A DNA stretch of 64,000 nucleotides from Epiperipatus broadwayi (GCA_028023455.1 JAQFVV010000002.1:25978001-26042000); one strand, 5' to 3'; shown: positions 1 through 14,564, numbered from the stretch's first letter. The notes: generated from the sequence alone by a model not told the origin. Numbers and translations: made by a program.

Positions 1-1080
1 TTAGTTTCTTCCATTTACATTTCTGAAGATATAATTCTTACTCATCTCTCAAGTTTGCCTCTACCACTGCTAACAACTCTCAACTATATTATATATATCT
101 ATTTCATTTTTCCCAATTTCAATCCTATCTATATATTATTTACAATTTCTTTGTAAGATGTCCTTTTCACCTCTTTCATTTATATTTCTGAAGTTGTGGT
201 TCTTATTCATTCTTCAAAGCTTGTCTCTACCACTGCTAACCAATCTAATTTTTCCCTATAAAAACTATTCTCTTTACTTATTCATATCTCTACTTGTTGT
301 TTGCTTATTTATGAAATTAAATTTTACATTAACACTCTTGGTCCTTTTTTTAAATATTTTTTATCTCTACATTCTACATCATTCTACCTTTATTTATATT
401 ATTTTATTAGCATTCCTACATATAAACAATCCTCTTTTTCATCTCTATTTTCAACTTGCATATTTATTCTTAACTATATATATATATCCCACTTTTCTTT
501 TTTATTTAATGAATAATAAAATTTATTGTAAATTAACTCATTTAATATTATTACATATAAACATAATACTCCTTTTCATCTCTATTTTCAATTTGCATGT
601 TTTATCTATATAAATCTTACTTCTCTTTTTTACTTAATGAATAATCAAATTTATTATAAATCAACTCATTTAATAGTTTATTTCCCCATTAATAATAAGT
701 CTATCTTTCTAATGAGTTCTTTCCACACATTTAAATAATTAACCCCATTGTTCTTACACAAACATTTTAACTTCAAATTAACTCCACAAAACATTTAAAT
801 TTACATTACAATCAAACTTTGAGAATAATCCTATCATCTTTATCAGCTCATTTATCACCACCAACAATACTATCTTTATTTGTTTTTTCTATCATCTTAA
901 CAATATCTAAACCACCCCATTGCTTTGGACATACTCTTATATTTTTCTCTCTATCCTGTCAACAATTTATAATAATATATTCTCCCTACTTTCAATTCTC
1001 ACACTTACCCTCCCTCTCTATAGAATATCCTTATCATCCTTTATTTAGAAAATAAATCTGATTTTGCACAAAGCTAGGTG
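1..1080 (-). mobile_element. Decayed non-LTR retrotransposon fragment spanning the ORF1 (esterase/SGNH-like) to ORF2 (AP endonuclease) junction
   Basis: Minus-strand translation gives VNLKLKCLCKNNGVNYLNVWKEL (resembles the end of an SGNH-type ORF1), then EKLDWLAVVETS (APE N-terminal D-x-x-A-V-x-E-T motif). Strong purine skew, many stops and small internal duplications. Confidence 0.5.
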
Positions 1081-3523
1081 ATTGATAAGTGTAAATCACA
1101 TAATAATAGTCAAAGCTTATCCAAGACATGAATCCGCAATCTGTTAAGCAACTTTTATAAGTAAAAAGACAGATTCCTATAAATTAACTTTCTCAACAGC
1201 ATATGTCTTTCAAATCTTTATATCACTAGACCATCACTCACCATTATTGCTGTATTCAAATTTAATTTCTTAATTGTGATACATTCCTTAATCTTTACAG
1301 TCGAAGTTGGAAGATAAAATAATTAATTGATATTCAAACATTTGTCCAAATGAATATTTATATGTAACTCCAAAACATTAAAGTTTTTTATTATTAATGA
1401 GTGCATTTAAGTGCTCTCTATTAGTTCATTTTTTATCAATTTTAAGAAATAAGATATTATATAATAATCAAATTCTGAATATTTGCATGTGTACTTAATA
1501 ATTATGAATTTCATAAATTAAATAAGACCTTGTGTGTGTATATATATATATATTAATGATAAGATTTGAAAAACAATTGAAATTGATTATAATTTTTGCC
1601 TATGAAGAATATAATTATACGCATGCTTGTTAATTATATAAAGCATCGTTCAATGAAATCTATTTTACACAATGTCTTATTCTAATAATTTTAATAAATC
1701 ATGACTATGAAATGTGATGTTTTTGAGTATCTAAATTTATTTGTGAACTAATTAAGCTCGAATATGCTACTATAATTAATTATTCACAAGTAAGTTTCTA
1801 AAAGAGTCACTTTGACAAACTTCCAAATAAAACCCACTTTAGTCAAAATAAAAAATGGTATTTTACCTGACCTTCAAGTGTTTAAATGGTAATTAAACTC
1901 AACATCAATATTTTGCTAGTGTGAAACTTTGATATTAGTAGCAATTTTTGTAATTATTGAACAAGCCACCATACCATTTTAAATAACAAACCAGTTGAAA
2001 TTCTAATAATTTTATTAAGTTCACAAATAAATCGTAGCTATTAAATACATAATATTCAGAGCAACTAAGTTTGAACATGTTACTATAATTCACAAGTCAT
2101 GAGTTTAATAAAATTATTAGAATTTCATCTGATTTGTTATTTAAAACTGTAAGCTGGTTTGATTAATAATTATAAAAATCACCACTAATATAAAAGTTAT
2201 ACGCTTACTGGATTATTTACCATTAAGAACCTGGGGATCAGATAAAAATGATCATCTTTTATTTGACTATTAAATTTTCATTAATATGGGTACCATTTGC
2301 AAGTTTCTTTGGGAATCTGATTTAGATTGATAATAACATATTCAAACCTAGTTGGTTTTTGAATAATTTTCATCATGTCTTCTATCTTGACTAAATAATG
2401 AGTAACTAGAAGGCACTTAAATACATTCAGTAATATGATTAATAATAAGTAAAAAAAGATTACTTGGTCTGACCTCTAAAATGGCAGATAATTTATAAAA
2501 TAAATTCAACTACAGTTTTGGTTGCTTTTTAAATAAATGCAAATTTCTGGTTGGAGATGCAATCAATTCTTCCTGAATATTAAAATGTAATTTTTACCAA
2601 AAAATCCTGGTCAGCTTATTTCTTTTAATGGGATTTTATTCCTCTTAACTTTCTACTAATTTATATATAGACTACCATCTATGGAATTTTTTAAAAGAAC
2701 AATTTCTGTCAAAGTTATTACTAATATCATGCCTAAAGTTGTAATACGATTTGATTTCATTTAACTTCAAATACAGCACTAGTTTGTAATACTCACAAAA
2801 TAATTGAAATATGTTTTTATCACTTTGTTATAATTAATATTTTGCTATTATTATTACCTAGAAAGTCTACAATGCAGAAAAGAAATTAACACATATCCAT
2901 GGCATTTAGCTTTAAGCTATCACATGGATATCAAATTTGTGGATAATAGCAAATAGCATTTAACATGTATTTTAAATACACATATACGTATTGCCTCATA
3001 TATGTAGTCTATATATTCTTAATAAATGAATTAAAATACAGTATAGACATTTTTTTATTAATTTCTCTTTTATGTATATTTTATTTGGTACTTTTTTTTC
3101 CCAATCATGTATAACTGAAACTGTGAATATGGCAATCGTAAATGCAGAGGAAACAAAAACAGATATTTAAATAAACGCTTGAAAATTCGGTCTTCGTAAT
3201 TTATGCACATTCCATATTTAATATTTTAAACAGTTTTTTTTTTTATTTTTTGAAAAAAAAAAAAAACTCTATCAGACTACCCAAACCAATATACAGTATA
3301 TATATCTTTAAACAGAATGAAAATGTAAAGAAAGGGAAATTTGAGTGTGTTGGGGGGAGACGACCATATTTCCGTTAGATTAAAATGAGTGGGCGAGGGT
3401 CATCTGGTGGACAACACATCCTCAGTTTTCTTATTAATTTATTGAAACATTCAAATTAATTTTTCAGAATTTATTCTAGATCTTTTTTTTTCTCTCGAAG
3501 TTAAGTGTTTATTTCTCTTTCAG

Positions 3524-3721
3524 AGATCATAAGACTATTTATGTAGGAGATGCGAGAGGTCGAGTGTATAGCTGGTCAGTTCCAGACCAACCAGGTAGGG
3601 TGATTGCCGACCACTGGGTTAAAGATGAAGGAGTAGACAGCTGCAAAGCATGTGGAGTCAAGTTTTCATTTTCTGAACGTAGGCATCATTGTCGTAATTG
3701 TGGACAGCTTTTTTGTTCAAG
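3524..3721 (+). CDS. WDFY3: WD repeat and FYVE domain-containing protein 3 (Alfy/blue cheese), penultimate coding exon
   Basis: tttcag acceptor (3521-3523) and gt donor (3722). Translates (K)DHKTIYVGDARGRVYSWSVPDQPGRVIADHWVKDEGVDSCKACGVKFSFSERRHHCRNCGQLFCS(R): FYVE WxxD and RRHHCR motifs, recognisably the WDFY3 C-terminus. Confidence 0.97.
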
Positions 3722-4869
3722 GTAAAAAATAAACTAGTTATAAGACTATTTCTGCTATCTTTTAGAAAAGTTCAACCTTTTATTATTATTTTCCAAAACA
3801 CATTCATCTATTCCATAATAAACAGACTGATATAGAATGTATTTCTTTTAGTTTTTATTTTCTCCTCCATATTATCCAAGTTCCAGAACTAACTCGAAGC
3901 AGATTTTTTTGGGATCGTAAAAATCTTCCAATATATTCATTTTCTAATTGATCCTGTTTTAAGTTGCTTCTTTTATCCTCAATATTATCAGTTTTATGAC
4001 TTACAAAGTAGTATTGTTGGTTCATGTTGATCAGCTGCAAAAACAGGTTTGTATTAATTGAAAAGAATCCTGATTCTTTTTTGAGATTTTCAATGAATCA
4101 AATAATGCAAATTTCTTAATGTTTGCTCCAAACATCCTTATCATTTTAGCTCTTATTGCTGTGTGATTATTCATATCGTGAACTATGTGTTCACCAATCT
4201 ACTTCAGCTAGATGGTTAATTTACTGGTTTTTAACTTTGATTTTAAGACAAAAAAAAAAAATCTAGTCTTTTTTATATATTTGATAGTCCCTTAACTGAG
4301 ACATTTAACTTGGGATTTCTTGAAGATAGGATGAAATGAATATATGAATGCTAACTCTCTTTTATGTTTCTAATCATGATCAGTATAAATAAATTGTGGT
4401 ATCGTATCGAAACTGAAGTCATCAGTCAGCACAGAGAGTTCGCAACTGAAGGCAAAGAATGTTAAAAATGACTAGATTATGAACTAAGCTAGAGGCAACC
4501 TATATTTAGCTACCTATAACTACAGATAATTTCCAGATGAAGGAAAACTGATGAGTTGAAATAATTGTGTTCAGCCACCAACAGGTTCCACAGGTTGTAG
4601 ATGGTAGAATGATCTTTAGATATGATAATCAACTATGGAATTGTGAAACCATATTTCTGACTCCAATTTTCATTTTTGTTTTTTTAGCTTGAGCTCTTAA
4701 GAACTGAGAAAACAATGATGGGAACATATTTAATAGGCTTGCAGTCCTTAGTTGTAACCTTCGCTTGAGGTACTACAGTCAGTAATGAGCTATTTGGCAT
4801 GGGATTTGAGATAGAAGTTCCAGCTAATAAAGATTGTATGTTTAGGCAGAAATAGTAATATCAATAATA

Positions 4870-6430
4870 ATGATAAAACAGAAGGCATAGAATATATGAA
4901 CTTTACTTGATATTAACTCTTCAAGCCTCCATTGGAGGATTTCACTGGTGGCTAAACAGCTGTCAAAATTTGAGATTGATGTGTTTGCTCTTAGTGAAAT
5001 TCATCTTCCAGAGGAAGCAAGTTTAAAAGAGCAGATGGATGACTGCAAGCTATTTTTTTTTTTTTGAAAGATGGATCAGTTAGGAAAAGGAGATGTGTGG
5101 TGATGGATTTTCTATAAAGTCTTATTTAATATTTCATTGTCTCAATGAAAGACTAATGTAATGGTATCAAAACTTGCATTGCACAATAGTTCTAATGCTC
5201 ATTTTATTAGAGATGATGATCTAACCTTAAATTCAGAGAAATAAGGCTTTTATTTTTTGCTGGATAACATTATATTACAATACCATTAAAAGATCTATTT
5301 TTTTGTTGTTGTTTTTGGCGACTTTAATGCCTCTATAGGTACAAATAGTAGAATTTGATCAAAAGTTGTTTGAAATAATAGGATTGATGATGTAAATTCA
5401 AGTGATCAATCGTTGTTGAATTTTTGCACATCTCATGGATTGACCATCACAAATGTTTTGGTAAGGTTAAAAAACTTCTATAAAGAAACATGGATACATT
5501 CACATTCAAAATTGGCATTTAGTAGATCACCTTATAATTAGGAATCAGAATAACAACTAAACAAGAAGATTTAGAAGTGGTTGGTGGATTAAAACTGCAA
5601 AGAAGATACTGTCATTTGCTAATTATGGTCATTTCAAATATTTTTTAATGCATTAATAGTAATATATAGACTTGAGAAACCATATTACAATCCTATTAAA
5701 TCCAGAAATGACATTCTCTTATATGAAGACAATGATATTTTGAATAAGTGAAAGGAGTATTTTGATCAAATTTGAATAATGATGCAGAAATTGAGATGCC
5801 AAATTAAATGATATATATCCATTTTAGCCACTCATTCAAATTTGGTTTAAGATATTTAGCTTAGTGAAATCAAAACAGTTCTTTATAATCTTAAAAAAAA
5901 ATAGACAGGCTGCAGATCCTAATGAAATAAATATCTGGAGAAATCTCACAATTTGTTGATGATATGCTAACTTGAAAAGTATTGCAATTTTTTTAGAAAT
6001 ATATGGAACCATGAAGGTGTGCTGCCTAATTTTAAGAATGCTTGTGTTGCTCCAATTTTTAAAAATAAAATGAATAGGCAATATTAAAATCATTATTAGC
6101 GACTTCAGCTAAGATACTGTCAAGGATTTTGATGAATAATTTATTTCTAGTCATAGGAGAAAGATTACAAGAGACTCAATGTGATGGATTTTAAAGAATC
6201 TAGAAGCACTGCAGATATGCTTTGGTTGCCAGACAAATGCAAGAAAAGTATTGAGAAGAAGATAATTATTTATACATTGATTTGATCAAGGCATTTGATT
6301 CAGTTAATAGGTCAGGTTTATGGCATTGTTTGAAATTAGTTGATCGTCTACCAAAATTTGCTTTTACATGACAGAATGAGAGGAAGTAGTATTACTTCAG
6401 ATGAAAAATCATAATGGAAACTGGAATTAA
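4870..6430 (+). mobile_element. Decayed RTE-clade LINE (APE and RT fragments) in the WDFY3 last intron
   Basis: Broken frames give SKFEIDVFALSEIHL, FGDFNAS, NFCTSHGLTITNV..TWIHSHSK.WHLVDH (RTE APE), and QCDGFKESRSTADM..YIDLIKAFDSVNRSGLW (RT motifs). Confidence 0.85.
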
Positions 6431-7444
6431 AGATTGATGTGTACTTTCTGTAGAATTATGTTTTTCTCAAACTCCTTAACTTCTTAAATTTCCTGCTTTT
6501 TTAACCTTATTTGGGACTTGAATAAATTCAACAGATCACATCTTTTAAAAATAATAAACAAGGTGTAGCAGAAGTTTGACAATTATTTTTTAACGATAAT
6601 TTTTAAATTTGCATACAATATACCATCACTTGATTCAGTCTTTATTACATTCTGGGAGTCCCAATCATTCAACTGAAAAAACAAAATCAATAGTATATGC
6701 AATATTAGATGATTTATATATGCAAGAAATATTTTTAAGAATGGCAATACCTTTTAATCCAATGAGTTCATCTTAATTTAATAAAGTATTGGCAGAGTAA
6801 ACATTTCATTTCAAAAGGTTATGAGATTTAAAAAACTACAATCGTAACTCGTTGTCCTACATAGATATTGGTTCATCTAATGCAAAGTACCCTTACATAC
6901 AATGCAAAACTATTCTCTACGTATGCACTTCACTATTAAACTAATTTTAAGGTAACTATTTATTATCATAGCACTATTAATAGCTATAGTAATTTTTTTA
7001 TGTCTGGGAAAATAATACATATAAAAGCATATATAATAGGATTATGAGATCTTTTTTTTTCAGTTTTGCATATTACTTTCTCCTTTACAGTTTTAATTTA
7101 CCCTTCATTTATAAGACTTCTTGGCAATTGTATATTGTTTGTGAAGCTTCACATTTTATTTATTATTCAATTAAGTCTACACTGCCATGTTTCCGTTTTA
7201 TCAAGTTATTAATAATGGAATTATTGTCAAAGAATCAGGATTCTTCTTTTTAGTGAACCGATGAACAGATTTATTTGTATCCACAATTATGCTTCAGTAA
7301 ACATTATAAGCTTGAAAATCTAAATTGGTTTTAATTGTTCAAATGTAACATTAGTAGTCATAGTTTCTAAACAACGTCAAATTTTCTGTCAGTATTTTTT
7401 GGAAAAGGATTTTAATGCAGTCTTTATATGGAATTTATGATGTA

Positions 7445-7555
7445 TGTGATAATCTGCACCTATTGCTGTGTCCCCAACTACGACCGAATGACCAGAAAAT
7501 AAATGTACAATAAAACTCGATAGATAACAGCACATATATATTTAGCGATAATAAT
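7445..7555. repeat. LTR-like direct repeat, copy 1 (copy 2 at ~11733-11835)
   Basis: ctgcacc..tgctgtgtccccaacta..tacaataaaactcga..acagca.atatatatttagc.ataat is shared with 11733-11835. Confidence 0.7.
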
Positions 7556-8069
7556 TTATTAACAATTAAGAAAAAGAATCACTTTATTGATCTTTGCCTA
7601 AATCACAGGTTAATTATTGAATAGCAAATAATGTTTATAAAGTTTAGATAAGCTGTTATTCACTTTACCTTCATATTGTCTTTATAATACAACCCTCTAA
7701 GAGCCTCTTGAGATATTCAAAATAATAATGACTGAGACGCTCTGTTAAAAGTACTAGTTGGCTTACTGACCTACAGGAGCCAAGATCCTGGGAATGAAGT
7801 CCTCCGATGATGATCTGCTGCTCTACAACTCGTGGAACAATGACCGCTCACAGAAAGAGTACTCAGTCCTTTTTTCCTATCAATTTATAACCTCTTTCTT
7901 TTGTTTCCTCATCTTTGAGTATTTTTTTTTTTGTTCTCATACAATGAAATTTCTCTTAAAAATTTATTTCCATATCTGTAAGGTTTTAGATCTATGCAAT
8001 TAATGAGTGTCTTAATTCATTTCCATATAAGGTAATTTATAAAGTCTATTTTACCTTCATTTTTGTTTA

Positions 8070-8650
8070 GAAATCACGTTATGTAAATATGAAGCGGACA
8101 AATGGCCCAACCTTAGCCAATATACAGCTGATCTAAGTAAAATAGGATACTCACAATTTTCTATCAACAGGAAAGTCACTAAATTCTATCACAAAATTAA
8201 CCACAACCACATCAAGGATAATAAGCCAAGAATTCTGATACCATACATCTAACCCCTCATCACATATCGTTCACTTCCGAATACAAACAGACTTATCAAT
8301 AATTCCAAGGATATAATCACATCTGAGCTCACTCCTTAGGTCATGTACAAAATGATCTATCCACTAGCCAACTGCCAGGCCGCATTTTATGGTGAGACTA
8401 GGGCTAACATTGCCAATAGAATGGCTCAGCACAAATAACTATACAATAAAACCAAAACCAAACAAAAAGACAATTCCATCTTTTTTGAGCACAAAAGAAA
8501 AACAGGCCACAAATTCGAACCCACATCTGCCAACATCGCTTGCTCCGAAAGACATACAATTAGAGCAGCGTTTCGTATAGCAAGAAATCCTATGTCTATT
8601 AATAGAAGAGAAGCCTGCTTTGTCCTGTCCCGAAAATGGCAATTATAAAT
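8070..8650 (+). mobile_element. Penelope-like element relic (RT C-terminal region plus GIY-YIG endonuclease)
   Basis: LCKYEADKWPNLSQYTADLSKIGYSQFSINR..KPRILIPYI, then VMYKMIYPLANCQAAFYGETRANIANRMAQHK (GIY-YIG-like Y..Y-x-G-E-T..R..H) and SIFFEHKRKTGHKFE; contains stops. Confidence 0.75.
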
Positions 8651-8965
8651 TATTTGCATCACTTTGCATAAATTTTCATTTCTACAATGCAGTTTTACCA
8701 ACACCAGCTATGAATATGAGAGTAAGAAGATTCTTGAAAGTGCTTAGCAAAATAAATTAATATTCTTATATTTAAAGTAAATTAATATCTTGCGTTTAAT
8801 TATATGTATTTACTAGCTTCATTATCTGTGCATACAGCACATATATATAGTAGTTTAATATATACATGAGTCTGTGTTTATTATAACTTCATTTAATTTG
8901 AACATTTCTTTTCAACGATTTGCTTAGCAGCATTCTTAAGTATAAAATATTATTTAATATTTTGC

Positions 8966-11410
8966 ACTTCTCCCCTTACTCCAGAAATTGTTTAAACTTA
9001 TGTATAATAATTGAATCTGGCCAGTCTTCATATCTGACGTCTGTGTCTGGGTGATCTAGTTGTTAATCCAGTTGGATTCAGTCTTAGATTCTAGTTCCTG
9101 CTTCCAGTTTTCATGTCGCAGCTTTCTAGTTTTTTCTCTTCATCCTCAGTCCGTATTCCGTGTGGCGTTGATTCAGCAATTTTAGTTTATAATTGTAAGT
9201 TGACAAGATGTTTCTCTAGCGCATTATGTGTAGGCTTAAATGTTCGGGTACTGATTTGTCATGTCTTAGAATCCCTAGCAATGGTTTGTGGTAAATTATT
9301 ATTTGAACAGGTCTGCTGAAAATATATTGATGAAATTTTTTCAGAGGGAAGATAATAGCGAAAGCTTCTTCATCAATCTGACTATAATTTCTCTCTGCTT
9401 TTGAGAGCATACATAATGCATATGCAATAGGCCATTCACCTTATAACATGCGTGAGAGAGAACATTCCCATCCTCCACTGTGATACATCGTGGTTAAACG
9501 CAGTTCCAAATTACTATTGAAGTGTATTAACAATTTGTCAGTTGATAACAGGTCTTTAGTTTTGTTAAATGCTTCATCATGAATTTCTAACCATTGCCAT
9601 TTTGGATTTTCTCAATAAGTCATACAATGTTTTTGTTACATGTGTTTTATTCTCTAAAAAGGCTCGGAAAAATTTATTAATCCTAAATACACTTGCAGTT
9701 GTTTAACGTTTTTAGACTTCATGGCATTTTTCATTGCTCTAACTTTCTTGGGTGCTGGTTTCTTCCCTCTATTGGAAATTATATGGCTGAGAAAAATCCA
9801 ATTCTTTTGCATGCCATATGTTTTTTTGGGGCATTTAATTTTACTATACGGTAAACAGTCTTTTACTCGGCATCTCTTCTGAGTTCGCTGTGATGAGTAT
9901 ATCATCGAAATAGGGAATAACCCCCTCCAGGCCCTGATGCAATGTGTCAATTTTCACTTGGAAAATGTTAGGGGTTGTTGATATGCCAAACAGTAAATGA
10001 TTATATTTAAATAATCCCATCGGTGTTGTCAAAGTTAATATTTCCGCTGATTTGATTGTCATCAGTATCTGGTGGACTTAGTCCAACTTTGCGAAATGTG
10101 AGCCATTTTGAAAACTGGCTAGTACTGCCCTCACATTAGGAACCCAGTATGCTCCCCTGTTCAGATATTTATTTACAGTTACTCTTTAATCGCCACATAG
10201 TCTAATTTCACTGTTTGGCTTGGTTATCACTACCAAAGGTGTGACACAATCCGATGTTTCAATTGGTATTAATACACCTTTAGCAACCAATGACTAATTT
10301 TTCCACCACTTTTTCTTTTTCATTGAATGGGATTTTCCGTGGTTTATATACAACCAGTCGCACATTTTCCAGCAACTCTATCTTGACCAGGCTCATATTA
10401 ATTAATCCCAGTTCTTCATTAAACAAATCAGGGTATTTGTATACCATTTCTTGTTCTAAAGAGATTTTTTTAATAATATGAATTTGTATACCCAGTTTGT
10501 GGAACCACTTCCCAACTATGGGACTGATCTTCCCATTGACTATGTACAGGGGTAGATTCACTTTTTTACAGCAGTGGTTAACGGGTGCTGTCACATGGCC
10601 TATTAATTTAAGCATGTTTCCATTTTCATCATATGCCTTATTGTTTGTTTTTTCTATTTTACTTTCGGCATTGGCCAATCAGTGAGTGACATCAGAGAAA
10701 TACCTGACCCACTATCAATTTTGATTGACAGTTCTTTTCTGCAAAGTCTCAGCTTCATCATAAACTGATTTAGAACTTGGGTACCCATATTTTTAATCAT
10801 ATGGTAACCTCCTCTATTTCCTCGCATAGGCGATTTACTTTTGCATTCCCAATTATCTTTCTGTTTGCAAGTGTGTGCTAAGTGCCCCTTTTTCCACATT
10901 TAAAGCACGACTCTTTAAGCCATCTACATTCTTACCTTTTTTCAGCTTTCAGCAGCATGGACTTTTCTGTTCTGTTTTAAACACACTTATTCTAGGATTT
11001 TCATCCCTATATGTGCTAAAAACTTCAACCTGTTCGAGCGTTAGACTGTATGCTATGCCTTTCTTAATGACATCTCATATGTACAGGTTCTGTGAGATGT
11101 TGTCTTAGCCTATCGTCAGACATTCCCCATAATAACTGGTCTATGAGTATTTGATCCATGAACTCATCATACCCACAACCTTTGGTCAATTCCCTAAGAA
11201 CTGTGCTATACTCTTTAATTTTCTCACCCTCTAGCTGTTTCCTTCTTCGCAAGGCTAAGCGAGTTATGTGCCATGACGAATGAGGACTGAAATGATTACC
11301 TAATTTGTCAATAAGATTCTCATACTTTATTTCCTCTGTAATAGGCAAGTCAAGTAATTTATTTATGACTTCTATTACTTTAATATTCGCAAAACACATG
11401 AGTGCCACTA
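8966..11410 (-). mobile_element. Ty3/gypsy LTR retrotransposon relic: gag-protease-RT-RNaseH, integrase deleted
   Basis: ORF track: gag (11064-11408), knuckle GHLAHTC and protease KIDSGSGISL (10654-10899), RT FGISTTPNIFQ/YFDDILI (9844-10062), RNase H ERNYSQIDEEAFAIIF..HKPLLG (9216-9410). A polypurine tract taaggggagaag (8967-8978, minus) is followed by TG. Multiple frameshifts. Confidence 0.92.
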
Positions 11411-11732
11411 CTTTCCTTTTACTTTTACGTCAATGCTATTCAATATAAAGAAATTTTGTAACTGCGTAATATACAATAGCCATTCAGATGTATTGCTAAC
11501 CTCGAATTCAGGTATACTTTTCTGCCCAAAAGCACTCATGAGTGATTACTAAACAATTAGCCTTCTATTAACTTTAATGATTATAATTCTGTACTTTTCT
11601 CCCTAAGTTTGAAAACCTGAATGCCAGAAGATTACTAATGGCTTAAACTCTTTCCTATTCTCCTAGGTTCAGACAACAGTGACTTCCAATAATTTGGGTT
11701 TTTACTTATTTGCTATTCATAGGTTCGATGCA

Positions 11733-11835
11733 ACTGCACCAATAATTTGCTGTGTCCCCAACTATGGCAGGGTGACCATCAAACAAATATACAATAAAAC
11801 TCGACAGATACAGCATATATATATTTAGCAATAAT
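11733..11835. repeat. LTR-like direct repeat, copy 2; on - it ends in CA followed by PBS-like TGGTGCAG, ~330 bp upstream of gag
   Basis: Minus strand reads ...gttggggacacagCA aattat TGGTGCAGTTGCATCG; similar to 7445-7555. Confidence 0.65.
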
Positions 11836-12078
11836 AAAAAGTCTCGTATACAGAATTTGTGTGAAAATAAATAAATAGTTGTTTGTAATATCTATAAATA
11901 ATGTTAATAAAGTGAAGTAAGAAGACATTTATTTTAAAAATCAAAAATATTTTTAATGTAATTGTTGTTTAAATAATTTTCAGTAAAAATGTTAACATTA
12001 TTATGACAATATGTTAATTGAAATTGCAAACATCAATTTTATATATATATATTTTTTTTTTTCTCTCATTTTTAATAG

Positions 12079-12193
12079 GTGTAGTCGTTTCGAATCAGAA
12101 ATCAGTCGCCTAAGAATTTTAAAACCAGTACGTGTATGTCAAAAATGCTATCATGCCTTGAAAGGTCAAACTGTATTGGATCCTGCATCATGA
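12079..12193 (+). CDS. WDFY3: WDFY3 final coding exon (end of FYVE finger, stop codon)
   Basis: Polypyrimidine tract plus ag (12077-12078). The phase joins AG|G = Arg. CSRFESEISRLRILKPVRVCQKCYHALKGQTVLDPAS* completes the FYVE RVC motif. Confidence 0.96.
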
Positions 12194-13494
12194 TTCCCCG
12201 ACTAAGAACAACATCAAAAGACCTGATCACTTACCTCATTGAAACTTCATTTGAGCTTAAGAGTACAGTAGTGGGCATTTCAACAATATTGCTTTTCCTT
12301 TACGATGTTGAAATTTATTTTGAAATGTTGAAAAATACATTTTGTAATTTCCAAATCACTATCATAAAATTTTTCAGAGACATTATTTAAAAAGAAGAAA
12401 AAATGCAGGGGAAGGGGGATTAAAGAATGGAGGGGGATAAAAAAAAAAACATTTTTGTAATCATTTTGTTTTTTGTTTGTTTTTCAGCCATGAATGTCAG
12501 AGATATATAATTTCCCTCTCACTTTATCTTTAGTTTTACCTAGGGGATTAGGACAAAAGGTTGCTTGTGATGTAGGCCTATTAGAAAACTATGTTAAAAA
12601 TATAATTATATGTGTGTATTTATAAATATATATAAAGTATACATAAATATAAATGATTTCTTTAAAGAGACAAGTACATTTATCAGTCCATATTATCACT
12701 GTAAATTTATCACCTAGTAATTGTATTTTTAAACGAAAAGGAAAGCTACCAAAGTAGGAAATATTTTTATTGTGAGCAACCTGACTTAACTCCTTTTCAT
12801 AAATATTCCGTTATAGTAATTGCATTTTGAATGACTTAGGGTATACAACAGTAACCATTCTGGTGTACAATTTGCCATCTTGAAACATATCATAATGGAT
12901 TTTTTATTTGTCCTCTGGTTTTTGATTGAAAGTTGGACTTAGCAGTAAACTCAGTCTTAAAATGTGATCAAAACAATACTTTTGGAAGTATTTTTGCTTC
13001 GTTTGAAACATCTTAAATTATTAGATCTGTTTATTTTAAACTGTGTCTTTTAGAACATCATATCATGCTATTCATTATTAGCCCCACTCTACAGAACTAG
13101 CGTAGAATTTTGTTGGTGCTCAATTTGGCATGATAATCCAAAATCTGTACATTTGTATTTATAATTAAAGAAAGCTTTATGTATATTTATGTATGTATGT
13201 ATAAATGAATGTAAATATACATGAATTTACATGTATATTTCGATGTAATTATTTCTTGTTTTTATCGTTTATGTGAATTTTTTATCAGTAAAAAAAATAT
13301 ATATTGATTTTTAAAATTAGAATATTCGGTTAAGTAATAACAATACGTGCATAAAATATATAAACCATGTAAGAAATTTTATTTAATATATTAAGTGCAA
13401 TTAAAAATTCCTGTACCATTTCGTATTTAATAATTATTAGTCAAATATCCACCCAGGAAATTTGTAAATAGAACAGTCGTCATTCTGTAAACGT

Positions 13495-13500
13495 AATAAA
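13495..13500 (+). promoter_or_regulatory. Candidate WDFY3 polyadenylation signal
   Basis: AATAAA ~1.3 kb after the stop, followed by T-rich sequence; only a candidate in AT-rich DNA. Confidence 0.35.
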
Positions 13501-14564
13501 TAATTGTTGCTTAATTTAAGTATGAATGGATATCTGTATTGGTTCCTCTTTTTTAAAAAAAAAATTTTTTTTAAGTGAATGATGCTAGTATTTTATATAC
13601 TGTATACGAGACTGGGTTTGAGGCTATATAAGTGTAATCATCGAGTGGGTTGATTTGTTTTACTCAAACCAACTATCTATAAATTTGTTTTCAAAAATTA
13701 AATTAGCTTGTTTATTTAAGTACTAGTAATTAATTTAACCACTCGTGATTGTTTTAAGAATTATTAATATTTTTAATTTCCAAATTAGTAAAGAATTGAG
13801 ATTATGTTCACCATTAAATTTTTATTTTCTTTATGGACCAAAGTTTTATTTTGGTGCTGTTAAAGTTGGGGTAGATAAATGTAATAAAACAGCTTGTGTC
13901 AATGCTGGCCATTTTCCTACCATAATGTATATACAATATAAATAAACTGAAGAAATATCTAAATAAACTTTTGTTGTTCAGAGCATCTATTAAATATAAT
14001 ACATATGCATTTACACTATTGCTAATAAGTCTTACAGACATGTTATACTCAAATACCACAGTGATACGGCTAAACACACAATTTCACTCGACAGATTGAA
14101 TTGAGATTTTTTTAAAACTCCTTACTTGGTAACTGATCTATGAATTACCAGCTTTTGAAGTAATCATAGAGCTAAACATTTACACTAAAAGATATATAAT
14201 ATTTAAACACAAATATATTCTACAAATATGTTATATGATTTATATACAATATTAAAATATGCTTCAATACCATATTCTCATAATTTAAATGTTTTCAATT
14301 TTCTCGAAGCAGAATTGCCTAGTACTCATTTTTAAATAATATTTTATGAAAGATCTATGTCCCCAATATACCAGTATTTGCCTTGAGAAATTTTATTCAA
14401 TGTTTAATGAAATTTCATTCTTACATTTATCATTGTAATAATTCATTTCTTACATAAAAACTTCGCTGTAGACAAAAAATCTAAGAAGTAATACTTTGGG
14501 CTATTTCCATAATCATTAAATTGTTAAATGTTTTTAGAAAAATTCACACCGTATTTATAACTTT

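Noticed and set aside
158-613. 151-aa hydrophobic + strand ORF, and similar F/L/I/S-rich ORFs at 32791-33267, 33483-33746, 24485-24883 and 25021-25452
   Set aside because: These are antisense shadows of purine-rich LINE coding strands, not membrane proteins.
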